From: Methanobacteriota archaeon | GTDB taxonomy: Archaea; Thermoplasmatota; Poseidoniia; Poseidoniales; Poseidoniaceae | DNA: 64,000 nucleotides | Direction of reading: 5' to 3' | Assembly: GCA_004195515.1 (NCBI GenBank) | Contig: PSPR01000015.1 | Location: 13,609-77,608 of the forward strand | Part shown: positions 55,808 to 64,000 of the stretch, piece after piece | How the letters are laid out: each line of letters opens with the position of its first letter | Position numbering within the stretch: the stretch's first letter is position 1 | The notes under the pieces: generated by a model | Told to the model about the DNA's origin: nothing | Database searches by the model: none | The model's input: the letters and a program-made list of their open reading frames with translations, nothing else | Program-made: the position numbers and the translations under genes

Positions 55808-57651
55808 TCTTCCCACCATTGAGGAACTTGGAACCATTCTGGAGCATCAGCATCTCTTTCTAGAAGCGGTAGAGAAATAGTACTGGATGCATCTAAATTA
55901 ACCGACATTCCAATCGGTGCACAAGCACTTGAAAGATAATCTTCACCGGTTTCTGTCAACTCGACTTTAATCGAATGACCTGCAGGAATAATTGCATCGA
56001 TTGGATTGAACTCCATTTGCATCAAGTAACTAACGAGTGGAACTACGGTCTTTGCTTGATGACCACCGTCGCGATAACGTACGTCCATGGTAGCATGACC
56101 GATTCTGAGATTTGTTTCGCCATCGAACATAGTAGCGAATACTTGACCTCCGTCACATGTGCCTGGTCTGACTGTAAGATGTAAAGTCGGCAGACCAGAA
56201 ATAAATCTATCTTGTTGGGATGCTGCTATCTCGAAGGATGCACTAGAGGTTGAACTAACCCGATTCCCGTTCGAGGTGGTTTGGTCGAGAGTGATAACCT
56301 CCCATTCGATATCTGCTGCAGGCCAGGTTTCCTCAACATGCCACAAACCATCATTCCTTTGCATTTGAACCATGGAAGCAGGCTCTCTTCCATTGCCTTT
56401 GAGCCAATACTCGAACCAGCCAAATAATTCGACCGCCCAATCCATTCTGCTCATCTGTGGAAATGCTTCGGCACCATATCCGCTTTCCAAAGTACCATGG
56501 CGGTCCGGTTGGTCAGGATAATTGTGAGCCCATTGGCCCATTATTCCGCGGGCTGGAATCCCTGCATCTCGTAATTTTTGATAGGTCGGGAACGCATGGT
56601 ACGGATCTACATTCCAATCCTGCATTCCCCACACTAGGTAAACACTACCGCGGTAATTTTCCAAAACATCGGGGAGGTGTCTTCGCTCTTCCCAATAATC
56701 ATTCCATTCAGCACCGCCGTATTGAGCCCATAATTGGGTTGTAAACGGGTTGAGAGGTCCGATAATATCATCGGAACAAACACGTAATTCATCGCTGGTC
56801 AAATCACTTGTAGCCGCTTGATAAGCCGCATCATAGCCCAATGCTCTCGCCTCGCTCGAACCATTGCGGTAAAACATCTCTTGGACTCCGATAGATCCCG
56901 AAATTGGCACGATTGTTTTAAGGTGGTCACTAGGGTTTTGTGCCGCTTCCCAATTTGTGGTTCCAGCATATGATTTGCCCATCAAACCAACATTGCCATT
57001 CGACCACTCCTGTTCGCCGAGCCAATCTACTACCGCCTGAATTCCGGTCTGTTCACCCAATCCTTTGACGTCTTGACAATGGGTTGATTTGCCGGTTCCG
57101 AAGGTTGATGCTTGTGCTAATGCGTAGCCGTGTGAGATGAAATTATCGTAAAACCACTCGCCGATACCGCCATCGGGAACCGTGTTTGGATTCGAATCTT
57201 CGCCCACTCCAGGCATGCCTTCTCCGCCAAAGTCATAGTAGGGGTGGATGGTCATTAAAACTGGGACTTTGGTGCCTTCTGGTACATCGGGTAACCACAA
57301 AGCCACATGCATCAAATCGTCTTTTGGGAAGCCGACATCCTCTTCCGAGGTTGGTAGTTCAACCGAAACAAAATGTTCGGTATATGAAAGGACTTTAAAA
57401 CTGCCATTTACCGGTAATACCGATCTCGATTGATTCATATCGAGGTCCATCAAATGGCGTTCATGAAGTGGTGTTTCCCACCATTCGTAAGCAGGTGACT
57501 CCGAATTGTTCCCAGAAAAGATTTCACCGAATCCAACCGCCAAAAAAAGGAAGACTACAGAGATCGCAAAGGTTGTTCCCAAAGTGATGTTGAGGCGACT
57601 AGAATCACTCGATGCGATAATTTCAGCTTCAAAGACCTCGCCCTCCATCAA
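55804..57651 (-). CDS. Membrane-anchored CocE/NonD-family hydrolase (S15 X-Pro dipeptidyl-peptidase-like)
   Basis: N-terminal TM. 'T.HPYY', nucleophile elbow 'GKSYAGT' (GxSYxG), 'WGMQDWNV' and a C-terminal beta-sandwich typical of S15. Confidence 0.8.
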   Translation of the reverse strand: MMEGEVFEAEIIASSDSSRLNITLGTTFAISVVFLFLAVGFGEIFSGNNSESPAYEWWETPLHERHLMDLDMNQSRSVLPVNGSFKVLSYTEHFVSVELPTSEEDVGFPKDDLMHVALWLPDVPEGTKVPVLMTIHPYYDFGGEGMPGVGEDSNPNTVPDGGIGEWFYDNFISHGYALAQASTFGTGKSTHCQDVKGLGEQTGIQAVVDWLGEQEWSNGNVGLMGKSYAGTTNWEAAQNPSDHLKTIVPISGSIGVQEMFYRNGSSEARALGYDAAYQAATSDLTSDELRVCSDDIIGPLNPFTTQLWAQYGGAEWNDYWEERRHLPDVLENYRGSVYLVWGMQDWNVDPYHAFPTYQKLRDAGIPARGIMGQWAHNYPDQPDRHGTLESGYGAEAFPQMSRMDWAVELFGWFEYWLKGNGREPASMVQMQRNDGLWHVEETWPAADIEWEVITLDQTTSNGNRVSSTSSASFEIAASQQDRFISGLPTLHLTVRPGTCDGGQVFATMFDGETNLRIGHATMDVRYRDGGHQAKTVVPLVSYLMQMEFNPIDAIIPAGHSIKVELTETGEDYLSSACAPIGMSVNLDASSTISLPLLERDADAPEWFQVPQWWEE

Positions 57652-57686
57652 TGTCGACGAACCGATGGCTCTTGATGAGCCTTCGC

Positions 57687-58085
57687 TTATTGCGCTTCTT
57701 CGGTGGGGAATGCCTTCACCATCATCATCAGCCTTGCAAACATGATCAATCCGACCGCAGCGTGAATCATCGAAAATTTATGATCAACCGCCACCGACAC
57801 CTCTCCTAATCCATACATTACAAGCCACATAGTGAGGATTTCGAATCCGAAACCTTTCAATTTTTTGTCCTCGGTTTTAGATGCCATAATCAGGCCAACA
57901 GTAGCGATAGCAAGCATCATGCCGAGCATCGCCGAGTAGGTATGAGAGGCGGTTAGAGCAAGTCCGGTATCGGTTGCACCACCTACTCCAGTCATCGCTT
58001 GACCAAGGACTAGTAAAAGCATTATCATCGTCATATATTTGGCATATTTTAAGAGATTTGCCTTGACAGCAGGTGTTTCTTCCAT
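57687..58085 (-). CDS. Four-TM membrane protein, function unknown
   Basis: Four hydrophobic helices with conserved-looking His residues. The ATG at 58085 leaves an 81-nt divergent intergenic region. Confidence 0.45.
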   Translation of the reverse strand: MEETPAVKANLLKYAKYMTMIMLLLVLGQAMTGVGGATDTGLALTASHTYSAMLGMMLAIATVGLIMASKTEDKKLKGFGFEILTMWLVMYGLGEVSVAVDHKFSMIHAAVGLIMFARLMMMVKAFPTEEAQ

Positions 58086-58166
58086 AGCAATTAGTTGGTG
58101 ATGCACTAGATGAACCCATCGCAATCAGAAAGAGCATTCATCAGGTTTGAGCGCGTCGGAGGTAAT

Positions 58167-59105
58167 ATGCGGAGCATCATAATACTGATTTCGGTCTTGT
58201 TATTGTCGCCGGTAATCGGTGTTACTGCAGAAGAGGGTGAACAAACTTGGCGCGATATCGAAGTCGATCCATCCCAATGGGATGATGGGCCGGTTTTAGA
58301 GGGAAGTCCTATGGATGAGCCTCGCCCAGGTGATGCGGTATTCACTATTGAAGTGAATTATAAGACTGGGCCTTTTTCCTCTCGCGTCCAAGGTGAAATC
58401 GTTATCGAATTATTCGAAGAATGGGCTCCAAATACTACTGAAAATATGATAATGCACATCGAGAAAGAGATCTATGATGGCACCTTTTTCCACCGGGTCA
58501 TAGATGATTTCGTCACTCAAGCAGGCGACCCTTTTTGCGAAACTGTCGGAATTTATCCACTAACCAATGTTCAATGCGGTGGCGGTGGCGATGGTCATGC
58601 ATTAAAGATGGAACATCATGAGAATTTATCGCACGTTGATGGTGCTATCGGAATGGCACGAGATACCGATCCCGATAGTGCAGATACCCAATGGTATATC
58701 GCCGAAACCGAAGCTCATAATTTGGATCCAGAAAACCGTGACGATGAAGGTTATGTCACCTTTGGAATCGTACGAAATGGAATGAGTCATGTTAGGGCAA
58801 TCGCTCTGGTTCCAACCACCGATGACCCAACCGGGTCTGAGGTTGTGGTTAATCCTGCATCTTCAGCAGGCAGGCCGCTAGAGGAAGTAAAAATTGAAAA
58901 AATCTCGATGATAGGAATAATCCCCTTAGAGGATGAGCCAGAATTGAAAACCCAATCTTGGCTGTTCTCACCTCAGGCAAAGCTAACGATTGGCTCTTTG
59001 GTCAGCATTGCAATCTTGGTCGGACTCGCCATGTGGTCTAGAAGTGCACTACCAGGGGAATTAGTATTTGATGCAGAAATATTAGAAGCAGAATTATTCG
59101 ATTAA
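58167..59105 (+). CDS. Secreted, C-terminally anchored cyclophilin-type peptidyl-prolyl cis-trans isomerase
   Basis: Signal peptide 'MRSIIILISVLLLSPVIGVTA'. 'GT.FHRVI.DFV.Q.GDP', 'GA.GMAR....DSA..Q.YI'. C-terminal TM 'IGSLVSIAILVGLAMW'. Confidence 0.85.
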   Translation: MRSIIILISVLLLSPVIGVTAEEGEQTWRDIEVDPSQWDDGPVLEGSPMDEPRPGDAVFTIEVNYKTGPFSSRVQGEIVIELFEEWAPNTTENMIMHIEKEIYDGTFFHRVIDDFVTQAGDPFCETVGIYPLTNVQCGGGGDGHALKMEHHENLSHVDGAIGMARDTDPDSADTQWYIAETEAHNLDPENRDDEGYVTFGIVRNGMSHVRAIALVPTTDDPTGSEVVVNPASSAGRPLEEVKIEKISMIGIIPLEDEPELKTQSWLFSPQAKLTIGSLVSIAILVGLAMWSRSALPGELVFDAEILEAELFD

Positions 59106-59142
59106 TAAATCATTTATTGTCTAAAGCCTTGTGGGCTTGTAT

Positions 59143-61407
59143 ATGTCCTCATCAAAGTGGAATGTCGCCGCGGCGATAATCCTAGCATTGATGGTAGGTT
59201 CAGGTTCGTGGTTTGTCATCACCGAGAAAATGACTCAACCACCAGAGATTGTCGATGAAGAACCTGAAGAAGAGGAAGAACAACATCGTGTGGAATTAAC
59301 CCCCGATGATTGTACTATGTTACAGAAGTGGTTTGATAATGATTGTATCGACCTAATCGGGCCGAATTCATTGAACTATGGCTCATCGGATGTAATTTGG
59401 CGAGTGGGGGAAAATCAACAATTTCTCCCGTCATTTAGTGGTGACGGCCCCGATGCTTGGAGTGTTCAGCCACCATTACCAAATGGAATCTGGCTTGATA
59501 ATTCAGGCGTGATTAAAGGCGCACCATTAGAATATGATTCTTTGACTACCACTTATTTGATCACAGCATCGAATCCTGTGGGTGTGACAATCACCGAATT
59601 AAATATTTCGATGATAGATATCCCTCCCTTAGAATTTAATTATCCCGATTCACCTTATACCTTCACCTACGGTGATTATGTTTCACAAAACCCACCACTA
59701 ATCTCAGGTGGAGAAATCATCACTTGGGAAGCAACGCTCCCCGCAGGTTTTTACATCGATTATCGTGGAAGTTTGGTCGGAACTGCCTTGGAATTGGGTG
59801 TTCATAATATTACGGTTTTTGCCAATAATAGCGGTGGTTCGTCCAATGCAACAATCTCGATTTTGGTCGTTGATCATGCGGTCTCTAACCTACGTTATAC
59901 CGATGCCCCGCTCTCGACCTTTGTCAATGAAACCATGTATACATTGATTCCATCATTAGGCGGTGGTGCGGTAATCGGTTGGGGTGTGACAGGATTACCG
60001 GCCGGTTTGTCTTTTGACAATGGAACCATCTCAGGAATCCCGTCCGGTTTAGGCACTCATAACTTTGAGGTATTTGCCAATAATAGCGGTGGTTCCGCTT
60101 CTGTATTAATTCAAATTTTTGTAGTCGACCGTCCGGTGTCATCGATAATATTCCCAATGGAATTGAGTTTTGTTTGGAAAACCGCGGTTAATATTTCTGC
60201 CAATACAAGCGGTGGACCGGTGGTAGAATGGGGTTTTTCTCCAACTCTTCCCAACGGACTGATTTTTGAACAAGGGCGGATTTATGGAATTGCAAATACC
60301 ATTCACTCACAATCGGTCTTGAAAATTTGGGCGAATAATTCGGGGGGATCCTATGTTGAAGAATTCAATCTTAGCATCTCGGATATGACTCCTGGAAACA
60401 TATCGTGGTTCCAATCAATAATTGCATTTGAGGCAAATTCCTCGGTTCAATTCAATGTTGAAAATCTCGGGCCGGCAATTGATTCTTGGCAGATTGAACC
60501 TAGTTTACCCGATGGTTTGAGTTTGCTCGAAGGAAATATTACCGGCACACCTAGCGAGCGAACCGGCTGGCAACAATACATAATTTGGGCCAATAATTCC
60601 GGTGGTTCGCTCGAATTGTCATTGGAATTGGCTGTTCACGATCTCGATGCCGATTGGAACGACTTGGCCGACGGGGTCGGAACTTTGGATTATGGCTCAT
60701 CTTGGCCTTCGTTGATCGTCCCTCACGGCCGTTGGTCATTCCCGGTTGGAGTCGATTGGAATAACCGTCCGATAATTACTGCTTCTCACGCACAAAAAGG
60801 AAAAATCATCGGTTATGGCCACGAAGGTTTCGTCGCTCAAAGTAGTGGAAATGAATCGATTATGTCTCTAAATGCGATTGATTGGGTTTGTGATGGCAGC
60901 GATATAGGATTGGTATCTCGATATAATTTCTACGAGGATGATTTGACCGCTGAAGGCTATTCGGTCACCACCTCAATCGATGTCAATAACCTAAGCGGAT
61001 ACGATTGTATTCTGGCCGAATTCTGGAATTCTTACGGAAATACTGGCAATAATGCGATCGAGGCGTTCCTTCTCGATGGCGGTGGCGTAGTAATGGGGGG
61101 TCATGCATGGTATTGGTCATATTCGAACTCGGATGTTGCCAATAATTATCCCGGAAATTCATTCGCTCAATCGAGCGGCCTTTTTGTTTCGACCTCTTCA
61201 GGGTCGGTCGGTTTAGATCTCAGAAATGCCCCGAGTCAACTCCATCGACCAAATGCAGCGATTCAAGCGGTTGAAAATCACATCTATTCTGGACCATTGC
61301 TCAACGATGCTGACGCTGCGTTCAAAGAATCGCTGACCACCTGCCGATGGATTGGCCGGGTTTTTGGCCACAAATTCGTCAAATGGTCAATACTACCGGG
61401 TGGATAG
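59143..61407 (+). CDS. N-terminal portion of a TCAF-like surface peptidase: TM/signal anchor, five He_PIG (putative Ig) repeats, GATase1-like domain. Probably one gene with 61347..63065, split by a frameshift
   Basis: 'LP.G(L/I)..D...G.I.G.P' repeat cores, each ending in '(F/W)ANNSGGS'. 'GKIIGYGHEGF', 'GGGVVMGGHAWYW'. Confidence 0.65.
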   Translation: MSSSKWNVAAAIILALMVGSGSWFVITEKMTQPPEIVDEEPEEEEEQHRVELTPDDCTMLQKWFDNDCIDLIGPNSLNYGSSDVIWRVGENQQFLPSFSGDGPDAWSVQPPLPNGIWLDNSGVIKGAPLEYDSLTTTYLITASNPVGVTITELNISMIDIPPLEFNYPDSPYTFTYGDYVSQNPPLISGGEIITWEATLPAGFYIDYRGSLVGTALELGVHNITVFANNSGGSSNATISILVVDHAVSNLRYTDAPLSTFVNETMYTLIPSLGGGAVIGWGVTGLPAGLSFDNGTISGIPSGLGTHNFEVFANNSGGSASVLIQIFVVDRPVSSIIFPMELSFVWKTAVNISANTSGGPVVEWGFSPTLPNGLIFEQGRIYGIANTIHSQSVLKIWANNSGGSYVEEFNLSISDMTPGNISWFQSIIAFEANSSVQFNVENLGPAIDSWQIEPSLPDGLSLLEGNITGTPSERTGWQQYIIWANNSGGSLELSLELAVHDLDADWNDLADGVGTLDYGSSWPSLIVPHGRWSFPVGVDWNNRPIITASHAQKGKIIGYGHEGFVAQSSGNESIMSLNAIDWVCDGSDIGLVSRYNFYEDDLTAEGYSVTTSIDVNNLSGYDCILAEFWNSYGNTGNNAIEAFLLDGGGVVMGGHAWYWSYSNSDVANNYPGNSFAQSSGLFVSTSSGSVGLDLRNAPSQLHRPNAAIQAVENHIYSGPLLNDADAAFKESLTTCRWIGRVFGHKFVKWSILPGG
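59362..60642 (+). repeat. Five tandem about 85-aa He_PIG-like domain repeats (intragenic). Includes an identical 23-nt stretch tttgccaataatagcggtggttc at 59818 and 60073
   Basis: Repeat motifs read in the translation. The 23-mer was found twice by eye. Confidence 0.7.
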
Positions 61408-63065
61408 ATATCTCTTCGAGCAATCCCTTCGATCTGGGAGCCGATGGCATCGATGACATGTTTTTGGGCATTCAAGAGAGTTTGATAATGCAATTACCGG
61501 TCGATCAATTACCTCTTCATCCAAGTGCGAAAAACTTCCCTGGTTCGGTTCCAGCCAATGCAACTTTGGAAACGAGAACCATCACAATCGATGGTGATTA
61601 TTCGGGCTTACCTTCCAATTTTGGCTATGCGGGCGCACGCTCTGCCGGCCGCTTCAGCACCGGTCTTTATGCAAGCCCGGGTGCTGTGGTCAACATTTCT
61701 GTTCCCAGTTCTGTAATCGATACTGGAGTCGGTATTTTAGTCGGGGCTCATAGTGACTCACTTTGGGCAAAAGACACAGTTTCCCGTCATCCTCGCATTA
61801 CCCGAGGGTTTTCTGCTTTTAGTGCAAATTTTTCGGTCGGAAATGCCTTTGGTGGCCCGATTTATATTACTATTCCAGCAGGTTCAACCTTAGGGCTATT
61901 CGATGTAATTATCGAAGATGCAATTGCTGCGCCTACCTATATTCACAACCAGACCACCTTTGCCGAGTGGAATAATACTCAGCGCCATAATCCCGCTCCT
62001 TGGACCGAATTGGTTTCATCAAAATTCATTTTGACCGTCCCTTCATCCGAAATTAGAAACCTCGATAATCCGATCGAGTTGATGAATTGGTGGGAAACCG
62101 CATTGCAAATGGAGCATTATCTGTCCGGTTTGAGCGATTGGCCCCGGGTTGAACGAGCGGTTTTCGATGTCCAAATCAGCGCTGGATGGATGCATTCTGG
62201 GTATCCATTCATGGCTCATCTTGCCAGTGTCTCGAGTGTGGTCGACCTCGACCATATGAATACGAGTGGGGATTGGGGAATGTTCCACGAACTCGGGCAT
62301 AATCACCAGTGGATGCCTTCGACATTACCAGGTACAACCGAAGCGACGTGCAACCTTTACAGCGTTTATTTGATGGAAGATTTGGTTGGAGTCGAACTTG
62401 GACAAGGCCATGGAGCCTTGCAAAATAGTAGCCGAATCAGTCGGCGAGATACCTATTTTAATGGCGGTTCACAAATTAGCCAATGGAGCGTATGGACCGC
62501 ACTCGAAACCTACTTACAAGTCAAAGAGGAATTCGGCTGGGCTCCGATAACCTTTGCTTTATCCGAATATTATTCCATGAGCAATCCCCCGAGCGGTTCG
62601 ACCGAAGAATTCAACCAATGGACGATTAGAATTTCGAATGCTACCGGTTGGAATCTGGCTCCATTTCACGCAGCTTGGGGATTCCCATTAACACCCGAAA
62701 CCTTTGCTGCTCTCGACCATCTGCCGGTTTGGACCGATGACCCACAAAGAAATGGCACTTTTGAATACGATCTGATCAGCCAAAATCTCAGTTCGAATAA
62801 TATTACCTCAAATTCGGCTGATTTGAGTTGGAGTGTTTATGATAATGGCACCAATACCAATCAATCCATCTGTTGGGGATTGGTCGATGGGGGGACAAAT
62901 AAAGCAACCTGGACCAATTGTTCGACTCATGGAATCAGCACGGTTGGAAACTATTCAAAAGCGGTAAACTCATTGAGCTCTGGTTTAACCTATCATTGGC
63001 GCATATTAGGAGAGAATTCAAACGGGGGGGCTTGGTCGCCAGACCATACTTTCACTACGAGTTGA
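61347..63065 (+). CDS. Peptidase M60 (enhancin-like) zinc metalloprotease domain plus C-terminal FN3-like domain. Lacks its own signal peptide
   Basis: 'FHELGHNHQ' (HExxH) with a downstream Glu ('TTEATCN'). C-terminal 'ADLSWSV...YHWRI' FN3-like. Frame 0 is open from 61314 and overlaps the end of the upstream ORF. Confidence 0.75.
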   Translation: MDWPGFWPQIRQMVNTTGWIDISSSNPFDLGADGIDDMFLGIQESLIMQLPVDQLPLHPSAKNFPGSVPANATLETRTITIDGDYSGLPSNFGYAGARSAGRFSTGLYASPGAVVNISVPSSVIDTGVGILVGAHSDSLWAKDTVSRHPRITRGFSAFSANFSVGNAFGGPIYITIPAGSTLGLFDVIIEDAIAAPTYIHNQTTFAEWNNTQRHNPAPWTELVSSKFILTVPSSEIRNLDNPIELMNWWETALQMEHYLSGLSDWPRVERAVFDVQISAGWMHSGYPFMAHLASVSSVVDLDHMNTSGDWGMFHELGHNHQWMPSTLPGTTEATCNLYSVYLMEDLVGVELGQGHGALQNSSRISRRDTYFNGGSQISQWSVWTALETYLQVKEEFGWAPITFALSEYYSMSNPPSGSTEEFNQWTIRISNATGWNLAPFHAAWGFPLTPETFAALDHLPVWTDDPQRNGTFEYDLISQNLSSNNITSNSADLSWSVYDNGTNTNQSICWGLVDGGTNKATWTNCSTHGISTVGNYSKAVNSLSSGLTYHWRILGENSNGGAWSPDHTFTTS

Positions 63066-63070
63066 TATAA

Positions 63071-63619
63071 ATGCGATTTTTTCCACTACTAGTTTTGCTA
63101 TTGCTTTCAGGATGTATTCAGGAGCCAAGCGCGGCTACTGAGGACTCACACGACCACATGAGTGAACCTGAAATGGATCCGGATCATGATATGGATTCGG
63201 AGCCGGTATTTTTCCCTGATTTTAACGTCACATCGCATAATGGCACCAATTTTTCGCTAGAGATGATGTCGGACGGACCTTGGATTGCATATTTTTCCGC
63301 CCCTTGGTGCGCTCATTGTGAGACCACTCTAGATGCATATGACCAGTCATTTCCGGTAGATAGAATGATTATTTTCAGCCGAGAAGCAGATGTTAATTAT
63401 TCAAATATGTCAGAATGGCATGCCGATACCGAAGAAAGTTTGAATCGTTCGATGAATCGGCCATTTACTCTTGGCTCAGAAATCGCGTCCCAAATGGAAA
63501 TTGAAGGAATCCCCCATGTGTTCTTGGTTGCAGCCGATGGTGAAGTAATCGCAAAACGTCTTGGCAAAAATACCGATGTTCAAGATAACATCGATTGGTG
63601 GGACAACAATACCCAATAG
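63071..63619 (+). CDS. Thioredoxin-fold thiol-disulfide oxidoreductase lipoprotein (TlpA/ResA-like)
   Basis: Lipobox 'LLLSGC'. Redox motif 'APWCAHCE'. 'GIPHVFLV' cis-Pro region. Confidence 0.7.
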   Translation: MRFFPLLVLLLLSGCIQEPSAATEDSHDHMSEPEMDPDHDMDSEPVFFPDFNVTSHNGTNFSLEMMSDGPWIAYFSAPWCAHCETTLDAYDQSFPVDRMIIFSREADVNYSNMSEWHADTEESLNRSMNRPFTLGSEIASQMEIEGIPHVFLVAADGEVIAKRLGKNTDVQDNIDWWDNNTQ

Positions 63620-63629
63620 GCCCCCCCCA

Positions 63630-64000
63630 TTATCCGATTCGAATATCGAGCACAACATGGCGAATATGAGGGCAATACCACTTCACCTTTTCAAGATGAA
63701 TCGCAGTAGCCTTCTTCCCACTCAATCGTGAGAATTTGTCGATGGTTTGGGCCATCCACTCATCCAATTTTCTCTCATCAACATTCATGTGAACATGGAT
63801 AATTCCACCTTCAGGTTTGAGGCAATCGACTGCAAGTTTCCATGTTGGTTCAGAACTAGGAATTAACCCTAAGATTACCCTGTCGGCAATCTCTCTCAAA
63901 TTAGGCAAGGTTGATTGATTATCACCTTGATGAATAGTGCATTTTTCTTGAATCCCATTACAGAGTAACCCTTTGTTGAGAGCTTCAATGCTATCTGGAT
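63630..64000 (-). CDS. Class I SAM-dependent methyltransferase of the Trm5/Taw2 (Met-10+) family. The 5' part lies beyond the window edge
   Basis: The frame stays open up to nt 64000 (..PDSIEALNKGLLCNGIQEKCTIHQGDNQST..). 'ADRVILGLIPSSE......CLK.EGGIIHVH' matches the Trm5/TYW2 C-terminus. Confidence 0.6.
   Translation of the reverse strand, partial: PDSIEALNKGLLCNGIQEKCTIHQGDNQSTLPNLREIADRVILGLIPSSEPTWKLAVDCLKPEGGIIHVHMNVDERKLDEWMAQTIDKFSRLSGKKATAIHLEKVKWYCPHIRHVVLDIRIG

Noticed and set aside
59104-59138. AT-only palindrome (aataaat-c-atttatt) and a 5-bp hairpin (aagcc-ttgtg-ggctt) after the cyclophilin gene, as a terminator
   Set aside because: The stems are very weak or short, and they overlap the likely translation start region of the next gene. 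Support is insufficient to annotate them.
1-64000. Searched for CRISPR arrays, tRNA/rRNA genes, integrases, transposases, terminal inverted repeats and toxin-antitoxin pairs
   Set aside because: No regularly spaced direct repeats. No cloverleaf-like or rRNA-like sequence in the few intergenic gaps (24218-24342, 26143-26251, 30091-30190, 40643-40907). No ORF with integrase or transposase motifs. The scan was visual only, so short elements could have been missed.

Overview
The window reads as a compact, almost entirely coding chromosomal segment of about 58 genes. It is most likely from a marine planktonic archaeon (Thermoplasmatota / Marine Group II-like). That lineage call is inference from gene content only.

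Archaeal markers:
- The aIF-1A / Rio1 kinase / KH (Dim2-like) cluster.
- An archaeal-type ribosomal protein uS2.
- Taw1, plus a Trm5/Taw2-like methyltransferase.
- An 11-subunit nuo (complex I) operon, nuoABCDHIJ1J2KLMN, with no nuoEFG and a split nuoJ.

Other content:
- Several very large secreted or anchored surface proteins. These include CARDB/NEW3 arrays, an SBBP beta-propeller with calcium-binding repeats, and a He_PIG + M60-like peptidase.
- A fused beta-oxidation enzyme and an AlkB-like hydroxylase.
- A phosphate module: a PiT-DUF47 fusion next to an AbrB-PhoU regulator.
- A MacB/FtsX-type ABC transporter with two ATPase genes.
- A Kv-like K+ channel.
- Housekeeping genes (dus, gpmA, trhO, cyclophilin).

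I found no rRNA, tRNA, CRISPR array, integrase, transposase or recognisable defence island. I cannot point to a clear, complete novel system.

The most interesting observations:
1. nuoB has lost the conserved PGCPPRPE block, which carries a ligand of Fe-S cluster N2, and is frameshifted.
2. A Cas4-like Fe-S nuclease has a block of four TM helices inserted into it.
3. A TCAF-like He_PIG/M60 peptidase is split by a frameshift.
4. Surface proteins share a recurring layout of extracellular array, one TM helix and a cytoplasmic zinc ribbon.
5. A translationally coupled operon encodes small uncharacterised proteins and includes a 55-aa ORF absent from the ORF track.
6. A Zn-ribbon protein and a receiver domain are each start/stop-coupled to an unexpected partner gene.

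All family assignments come from motif recognition by eye, not from database searches.
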